This document shows, one piece after another, positions 57,833 to 64,000 of a stretch of DNA of 64,000 nucleotides. The DNA comes from Solirubrobacteraceae bacterium (GTDB taxonomy: Bacteria; Actinomycetota; Thermoleophilia; Solirubrobacterales; Solirubrobacteraceae). The stretch covers positions 1,367 through 65,366 of the forward strand of contig JBKQHH010000086.1 of NCBI GenBank assembly GCA_052148875.1, read 5' to 3'. The notes beneath the pieces were generated by a model. It had not been told where the DNA came from. It made no database searches and saw nothing but the letters and a program-made list of their open reading frames with translations. The stretch's first letter is position 1, and every line of letters starts with the position of its first letter. A program made the translations under genes and the position numbers.

Positions 57833-59179
57833 TCAGCGCACGGCTCCGAGCCGGAGCTCGGTGGCCAGGCGCATGAGCTGCTCGACGTCACGCAGGTCAT
57901 AGCCGGTTCGCTCTGTCAAGCGCCGGAGTCGGTCGTGCACAGTGTTCGGGTGCGCCGGCAGAGTGGCCGCGGTCTGCTGCACGTTCAGGCCGCTGGCGAG
58001 GTAGGCGTCGAACGTCTTAACGAGCGCCACGTCGGTCTTCTTGGTGGAGAGCGCGAGGGCTCGAACCGCCGAGGGCACGAGCGAACGCGCGACGTGGTCG
58101 GCGCCCGCCACCAGGTAGTCGAGCGCCGGCATCTGACCCAACGCGATGATCGGCGTGACCTGCGACGCCAGGCGCAGGGCGCTGTCCGCCTGCTCGTGAG
58201 CCCGGCCCAGCCCGCCAAGGTCTGCGGCCGGCAGGCTGATTCCGATCCGCGGCGAGGGCCCCGGTAGGTCGCCGTAGCGCCGGATGACCTGTTTGGCGCA
58301 ATCGAGAGCGGTGGCCCCGTTGCCGCGCAGCAACGCGGTGACCGTGTGATGGCGGATCACCACGAGCACAGCCCAGCGGGCGAATGCCGCGGCGATCTCC
58401 TCGGCGAGCGTCTGCAGCGCGTAGCGATCGTCGGAGGGCGCTGTCGTCGCGGCGAGCAGATGGTGAGGGCCGTCGGCGTCCAGCTCGAGCCCTGCGGCCT
58501 CGGCGGCGGCCGCTGCTCGCGGTCCGCCCGCGAGCAGCAGCTCGAGCACGTCCCGGCGGATGCGGTCGGCATCGGCGAGCGCCCGCTGTTGCTCGCGCAG
58601 GTAGACCTCGGCCACGCGAGTGCTCACGGTGTCGATGTATCGAATCGATGGCTGGACGATGAGGATCGCGGCCGCCCGCCCACCTGGAACGCTGCTCGCG
58701 CAGTCGATCACCGCCCCCCACAGGACCTGGTGGCCGACGCGAAACGATTGCAGGATCGCTTCCAGCGGTATGCCTTGGCGCACCCGCCGCATGATCGCCT
58801 CCTCGACGAATTCGAGGTCCGGCTCGATCGGCGGCGTGCCGGCCTGCAGGCCGGACAGGAAGCTCGTGATGTGGGCGTCGCAGTGCGCGCGTACGTCGAG
58901 GAGGATCCGCCGCGCGTCGCCCGTGGCTGCGTATGCCGTGACTTCGCCGTCGATCGCAGCCGTCATCTGCGAGGCGATCCGCTCGTGCTCGTCGAGCAGC
59001 ACGCCGGCGATCTCGCGTGCGATGTTGGCATCTTGGCCTTGATGCGTGATCGTGGTCCGATCGGCCTCCGCCACGCTCCAGCGCGATGCATCGCGAGTTG
59101 CCTCCCGGGACAGTTGTGCAGGGTGCACAGACGCAGTGGGGGTTTCTGGGGAGGGCATCCGTTGACCGGTGCTCGACAT
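57833..59179 (-). CDS. PucR/CdaR-family transcriptional regulator (start approximate)
   Basis: C-terminal TAATLPAHPNTVHDRLRRL HTH; RsbRD-like N-terminus. Confidence 0.85.
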   Translation of the reverse strand: MSSTGQRMPSPETPTASVHPAQLSREATRDASRWSVAEADRTTITHQGQDANIAREIAGVLLDEHERIASQMTAAIDGEVTAYAATGDARRILLDVRAHCDAHITSFLSGLQAGTPPIEPDLEFVEEAIMRRVRQGIPLEAILQSFRVGHQVLWGAVIDCASSVPGGRAAAILIVQPSIRYIDTVSTRVAEVYLREQQRALADADRIRRDVLELLLAGGPRAAAAAEAAGLELDADGPHHLLAATTAPSDDRYALQTLAEEIAAAFARWAVLVVIRHHTVTALLRGNGATALDCAKQVIRRYGDLPGPSPRIGISLPAADLGGLGRAHEQADSALRLASQVTPIIALGQMPALDYLVAGADHVARSLVPSAVRALALSTKKTDVALVKTFDAYLASGLNVQQTAATLPAHPNTVHDRLRRLTERTGYDLRDVEQLMRLATELRLGAVR

Positions 59180-59280
59180 GGCCGTATGGTAAGGGCGTTG
59201 GAGCAGGGGATGCGGCTGCTGAGCGCCCGGTGAGGGGCGTCTCCTGCAGTCAAGGGACAACCAAAGGAAGAGGGGATTCG

Positions 59281-60240
59281 ATGTTCAAGGTCAGAGCAAC
59301 GCTGGTCGCTGCGCTCCTTGCCGTCCTGGTGGCGGTCGTCGCGCCGGCGACGGCGAGCGCGAAGTACTCGGTTCCGTATGGCGGCAGCGCCGTATCGGAT
59401 GCCATCTGGAATGAGACGTGGGAACCGGAAAGCGTGGTGGGCGCCAACAACGGCTGCAAGCCGAGCTCGGCGCACCCGTACCCGGTGGTGCTCGTGCACG
59501 CGACGCTTGCCGACGAGGGATCCAACTGGGTCACGCTCGCGCCGCTGCTCGCCAACGAAGGCTACTGCGTGTACGCCTTCAACTACGGCGCGACGCTGGC
59601 TTCGCTGGAAGTCTGGCCGTTCATCGGCCCGCGCATCGACGGGCTCGGCCACATCGAAAAGTCGGCTGAAGAACTCTCGTCGTTCGTCAACAACGTGCTG
59701 TCGAAAACAAAAGCGTCGAAGGTCGACCTGGTCGGACACTCCCAGGGCGGGATGATGCCCAACTACTACATCAAGGACCTCGGCGGCGCCTCCAAGGTGA
59801 ACGAGCTGATCGGGCTCGCCCCGAGCAACCACGGCACGACGCTCGACGGGTTGACGAAGTTCGTCGAAGTGTTTCCGTTCGCGGACGAAATAATCTCGGG
59901 CCTGCTCGAATTCCTCGGTGCGCCATCGCTTCCCGAACAGCAGGAAGGCTCTGCGTTCATCAAGAAGCTGTTCGGCTCCGGGGAACCGGTTGTCTCGGGC
60001 GTGCGCTACGTGGTGATCGAGACGACCCACGACGAGGTCGTCACGCCCTACACCCACGCGTTCCTCAGCGGCTCGAACGTGACCAACATCACCATCCAGA
60101 GCCAGTGCCCGAGCGACCCGGTCGGTCACATCGGGATGTTCGAGGACTCGCCGTCGCTGCAGAACGTGCTCAACCAGCTCAGCGCGAGCCCCAACCCGTC
60201 GTTCGCGGCCACGTGCTCGAACTACGGCCTGGACCTGTAG
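59281..60240 (+). CDS. Secreted lipase (class 2 alpha/beta hydrolase)
   Basis: Signal peptide, PVVLVHAT, GHSQGG, DEVVTPY, VGH. Confidence 0.9.
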   Translation: MFKVRATLVAALLAVLVAVVAPATASAKYSVPYGGSAVSDAIWNETWEPESVVGANNGCKPSSAHPYPVVLVHATLADEGSNWVTLAPLLANEGYCVYAFNYGATLASLEVWPFIGPRIDGLGHIEKSAEELSSFVNNVLSKTKASKVDLVGHSQGGMMPNYYIKDLGGASKVNELIGLAPSNHGTTLDGLTKFVEVFPFADEIISGLLEFLGAPSLPEQQEGSAFIKKLFGSGEPVVSGVRYVVIETTHDEVVTPYTHAFLSGSNVTNITIQSQCPSDPVGHIGMFEDSPSLQNVLNQLSASPNPSFAATCSNYGLDL

Positions 60241-60278
60241 GACCCGTTCGCTCGTAGCAATGCTCGAGCAGTGAGTAA

Positions 60279-60314
60279 CAGTCGCCCCGGCCGCATGCCC
60301 GGCCGGGGCGACTG
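60279..60314. terminator. Hairpin between convergent genes
   Basis: CAGTCGCCCCGGCCG-N6-CGGCCGGGGCGACTG, 15-bp stem. Confidence 0.7.
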
Positions 60315-60361
60315 ACGCTCGCCCGCCGATTCGCAGCCGCCGACGCAGCCCCGGGCTGCGC

Positions 60362-61204
60362 TCAGGCGAGGTCGTGCTCGCGAGCGCCCCGCTCGCGACG
60401 GGCGCGCTCGAAGCGCTTGATGCCCCTGCGCTTGAGCGGCTCGTAGAGCAGCAGCAGCATGCCCGGGGCGGCACTGGAGAGCTTGGAGAGCACGCCGCGA
60501 CCGAGCGGCAGGGCGATCTCCAGCGGTCGGTCGCGCATCGCGCGGAAGATCGCCTCGCTCACCTCGTCCACCCTCAGCGCCCGCGGCCCGGAGAAGATCA
60601 GGCCGGCGGCCTCGGTGTCCGCGAGATCGACGTGCTGGTCGAACAGCGGGGTGTTCACGAGATCGGGGCAGATGACGGTCACGTAGACGCCGCGCGGGCG
60701 CAGCTCGACGGCGGCCGCGATCGAGACGGCCCGCAGGGCGAACTTGGTGGCCGAGTAGATCGCGCTGCCCGGCGTCGGCGTGATGCCGGCGAGCGAGGCC
60801 ATGTTGACGATGTGCCCCGAGCCGCGCCCGGCCATGTGCTCGGCCACGATCCGCATCCCGTAGAGCGAGCCCTTGAGGTTTACGTCGACGAGCGCATCGA
60901 TGTTCGCGAGCGGCTGGTCGATGAACATCGCCACGCGATCGATCCCCGCGATGTTGAACAGGTAGTCGATCGCTCCGAAGCGCTCGCGCGTGTCCGCGAC
61001 GACGCGCTGCCATTCCTGCACCGAGCGGATGTCGAACGCCTCGAGCACGACGTTCTCGTCCGCCGCGAACGCCGCGGCGAGCGCCTCGCGGTCCACGTCG
61101 GCCAGCACGAGCCGCATGTGCGGACGCCGGCGGCGCAACTCGGTGGCGAAGTGCCTGCCCACGCCGCTTGCCGCGCCCGTGACGATCGCGACCTCGTCGT
61201 TCAT
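60362..61204 (-). CDS. Short-chain dehydrogenase/reductase
   Basis: TGAASGVG, NIAG, YSATK. Confidence 0.92.
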   Translation of the reverse strand: MNDEVAIVTGAASGVGRHFATELRRRRPHMRLVLADVDREALAAAFAADENVVLEAFDIRSVQEWQRVVADTRERFGAIDYLFNIAGIDRVAMFIDQPLANIDALVDVNLKGSLYGMRIVAEHMAGRGSGHIVNMASLAGITPTPGSAIYSATKFALRAVSIAAAVELRPRGVYVTVICPDLVNTPLFDQHVDLADTEAAGLIFSGPRALRVDEVSEAIFRAMRDRPLEIALPLGRGVLSKLSSAAPGMLLLLYEPLKRRGIKRFERARRERGAREHDLA

Positions 61205-62094
61205 GGTCTTGCCTGGGGACCGAGGTGGCGAACGAGGAAGTCGGTCTCGTCCGCGACCACGCGCTCGAAGAGCTCGCCGACGTATGGATCGAAGTGCCCA
61301 CCGGGATAGTGGCGCACCTCGGCCCGCGGCGCCCGCGCGGCCGCCTTCACGGCCAGATCGGGGGGCGTGATGACGTCGTCGTCGGCGACGGCGAACAGGA
61401 TCGGGCAGCGCACGCGCGCGGCCTTGCGTGCGGGGCGGTAGGCGCCGACCCGCAGCGCCACGCGCGCGGCCGCCTCGTTGGGCCACTCGAGGCCCGGCGG
61501 GCACAGCGCGTGGAAGCCCGGTTCGGCGTCCGGCGAGCTCATCATCGCCGTCGCGCCGGGCGGCCCCACCGAGGCGACCATGTGCGGCGGGCGTCCCGCG
61601 AGCGCGCCCGCCTGGTCGCGCAGTCCCTCGAGCGTGAGCGCCAGCGCGTGCCTGCGCCCCAGGCGGCGCAGGTTCGCGAGCCCGTCGACGAACGGGACCT
61701 GGGCGACGACCGCCGCGATCCGCGGGTCGTCTGCGGCGAGCCCGATCACATGACCGCCGCTGAAGGAGCTCCCCCACAGCCCGATGCGCGCGGCGTCGAT
61801 GCCCTCCAGGCCGCGCGCGTAGGCGATGGCGGCGCGCCAGTCGGCGAGCTGGCGATGGATGTCGAGGAGGCTGCGCGGCTCGCCTGCGCTGGCGCCGAAG
61901 TGCCTGTAGTCGAACACCAGCGCCGCGAGCCCCGCGCTCGCGAAGCGCTCGGCGAAGGCGTCCAGGCGCTGCTCGCGCACCCCGGTCCAACCGTGGGCCA
62001 GCACGACACACGCCGTGGCCTGCCCGGGCCGGTACAGCCACGCGGCGCAGCGCTTGCCGCCAGAGTCGAAGGTCACCTCCAAGCGCTCGGCCAC
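61201..62094 (-). CDS. Alpha/beta hydrolase
   Basis: LAHG, FDYRHFGAS, WGSSFSGG, GGHF. Confidence 0.9.
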   Translation of the reverse strand: MAERLEVTFDSGGKRCAAWLYRPGQATACVVLAHGWTGVREQRLDAFAERFASAGLAALVFDYRHFGASAGEPRSLLDIHRQLADWRAAIAYARGLEGIDAARIGLWGSSFSGGHVIGLAADDPRIAAVVAQVPFVDGLANLRRLGRRHALALTLEGLRDQAGALAGRPPHMVASVGPPGATAMMSSPDAEPGFHALCPPGLEWPNEAAARVALRVGAYRPARKAARVRCPILFAVADDDVITPPDLAVKAAARAPRAEVRHYPGGHFDPYVGELFERVVADETDFLVRHLGPQARP

Positions 62095-62132
62095 GGTGAG
62101 AGCCAGCCTACCCCTCCCGGTAGGGTCTCTGC

Positions 62133-62648
62133 GTGCCTGCTCACCAGCCCCGCCGGCGCCTCGCTGCGATGGCCGCCGTCGCGGCCCTCGCCTGCGCCGG
62201 ATGCGCGTCGAGCAGCCCCCAGACGGCCGCCACCCGGTTCCGCGACGAACACTCCGCCGAGGCGTCGCGCGTCGCGGCCGCGGTGAAGGCGGTGCAGCTC
62301 GAAGTCGCGCGACTGTCGAGCTCGCCGGCGCGCTCGCAGCTCGGGCGGCTCGGCCAGGCGGTCGGGCAAGCGCGCCGCGATGCCGTTCAGGCGGGCGAAT
62401 GGAACGTCGCGGGACGCGGTGAAGAAGGCGCCGAAGAAGAAGACGTTCCACGGGCCGAGGGTCAGGTGACCGAAGGGGCCGACGAAATGGCGAGCGCGTT
62501 CTCCGCCCTGCAGGCCTACGCGCGCGCGCCGAGCGCGGTCGCGCTCGCGCGCTACAGGAGCGAGCTCGCCAACGGGCGCAGCCAGTGGGACGAAGGCATC
62601 TCCCAGCTCTGGTACCTGGCGCACGCGTCCAACCCCCCGACGGTCTAG
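62133..62648 (+). CDS. Putative lipoprotein
   Basis: Hydrophobic leader with LAC/AGC lipobox; helical body. Confidence 0.55.
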   Translation: MPAHQPRRRLAAMAAVAALACAGCASSSPQTAATRFRDEHSAEASRVAAAVKAVQLEVARLSSSPARSQLGRLGQAVGQARRDAVQAGEWNVAGRGEEGAEEEDVPRAEGQVTEGADEMASAFSALQAYARAPSAVALARYRSELANGRSQWDEGISQLWYLAHASNPPTV

Positions 62649-62709
62649 CTCGCGCCCAAAGCGCGACGTGGGTGGGGGCGAGCACCGGGCGAGCGGCGCC
62701 GCGCCGCGG

Positions 62710-64000
62710 CTATGCGGGCAGCTCGCGCCCGAGCCAGCCGCGGTAGAAGCCCGCGACGTCGGGCAGGAACTCGTGGACCACGGGATATCCGGGGGTCAGC
62801 GCCTCGACCTCGAGCTGGCGCGCGCACGTGGGGCAGTAGTACTCGCGGATCTGCTGCAGCTTCGGATCCGGCCCGGCCATCTTCGGATAGACCTCGAGCA
62901 GCGCCTCCTCGGTGTCGCGCACGTGCACGACCGCGTCCATCTTCCAGTTGCGGTTGTGCGCGCAGAAGTCGTGCCCGCAGTCGCAGCGGTAGACGAGCGC
63001 TCCGTCGGATCGGCGCCTGACGATGTTCAGCCCCTCGCCCGCGGGCAGCACGATCGGGTCGTCGTAGGGGACGCGCGCCTGCAGCACGGCGAGCCACTTC
63101 TCGAAGCGGTCGGAGTCCTTGTAGCCGGACTGGATCTCCTTGACCTCGCGCCGGGAGAGCTTCTCCTCGAGCAGCGCGGCGAGCGTGTCCACGTCCAGCC
63201 TGCCCCCGCCGGCGCCCGGGATGCCGTCCTCGCCGGGCCGCGGCTCGGACGCGGCCAGGAACGCGTCGGCCGCGTCGTCGGGGTGCAGCCTGCCGGGCTG
63301 CGAGCGCGCCACGGTGACGGTCGGCGTGGCGACGTCGTACTCGAAGTCCTCGGGCAGGTCCCAGAAGCCGCGGTACTCCGCCGCCCAGCGCGGCGACAGC
63401 CGCATCGACTCGGCGTACATCGCCTTGACCGGCTCGACGAAGGACTGGGCGAGGATCCGCTCGCGTTCGGCCGCGACCCAGTCGCGCACGGGGACCGCGC
63501 GCGCCAGCCGGCGGCGGCGGAACCCATCGCGGTCTGAGACGCCGTAGATCGACTCGGCGAAGCGCGGGAGCAGGTGACCCTCCTCGACGTCGCTCCTGAC
63601 CGCCTCGATCGGTCGCAGCAGGGGATCGCCGAGGCCGGCGCCGCCCTTCATCACGGAGAGATAGAGATCGCCGTTGGCGAACGGCTCGAGCAGTGTGAGA
63701 CCGTCGTTCTTGTAGTCGCGCGAGCTGCCCTGGATCGCCATCAGCGCAGGGCTCTCGAAGTCGCCGTCGGCGACCGGGTATGCCTCGCCGCGGCGGGCGC
63801 GCTCGATCAGGTCGGCGCCGTGGATGTTGTGGATGTAGGCGGTCGCGCCCGGGTAGCCGCCGAACAGCCCCGCCGAGGACAGCACGCGCCCGGTGCCGAT
63901 GTTCTGAAGCTCCCAGAAGGGCGTCTTGTTGACCATGAACAGCGACTCGAAGCTCGAGCCGCCGCGATGGCGCCCGGCGCCGCCCGAGGATGCCTTGATG
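62710..64000 (-). CDS. Hydantoinase B/acetone carboxylase alpha-like domain fused to acetone carboxylase gamma domain (5' partial)
   Basis: GLFGGYPG, GGAGLGDP; C-terminal RCDCGHDF...NWK...REYYCPTC...PGYP. Confidence 0.82.
   Translation of the reverse strand, partial: IKASSGGAGRHRGGSSFESLFMVNKTPFWELQNIGTGRVLSSAGLFGGYPGATAYIHNIHGADLIERARRGEAYPVADGDFESPALMAIQGSSRDYKNDGLTLLEPFANGDLYLSVMKGGAGLGDPLLRPIEAVRSDVEEGHLLPRFAESIYGVSDRDGFRRRRLARAVPVRDWVAAERERILAQSFVEPVKAMYAESMRLSPRWAAEYRGFWDLPEDFEYDVATPTVTVARSQPGRLHPDDAADAFLAASEPRPGEDGIPGAGGGRLDVDTLAALLEEKLSRREVKEIQSGYKDSDRFEKWLAVLQARVPYDDPIVLPAGEGLNIVRRRSDGALVYRCDCGHDFCAHNRNWKMDAVVHVRDTEEALLEVYPKMAGPDPKLQQIREYYCPTCARQLEVEALTPGYPVVHEFLPDVAGFYRGWLGRELPA

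Overview
High-GC actinobacterial chromosome segment; the gene style suggests Thermoleophilia/Solirubrobacterales, which is an inference. Three tRNA genes (Gly-GCC, Cys-GCA, Val-GAC) each anchor accessory DNA. (1) A ~10.5 kb integrative mobilizable element at tRNA-Gly has 57-bp att repeats, a tyrosine integrase, a MobF relaxase, an excisionase and HEPN/Abi-type cargo. (2) A ~13.5 kb island at tRNA-Cys carries an unusual sigma-70-like protein, TIGR02391, VapBC, an internal integrase and several nuclease-like ORFs. (3) Downstream of tRNA-Val lies an integrase-free tandem array of 0.9-2.6 kb gene cassettes. The cassettes are separated by four further copies of the tRNA 3' end embedded in conserved att-like repeats, and two of these junctions cut genes short; this is the most unusual structure in the window. 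Core-like regions hold comM-dprA, a GGDEF/EAL protein, a c-di-AMP riboswitch-controlled cell-wall hydrolase, SCO/TlpA, a GT39 and an HtrA-like protease. Also present are a divergent heme-copper oxidase operon lacking K-channel residues with an atypical cupredoxin, lipid-hydrolase genes, and a fused acetone-carboxylase-like alpha/gamma gene at the right edge. Several start codons were re-assigned by eye and are approximate.
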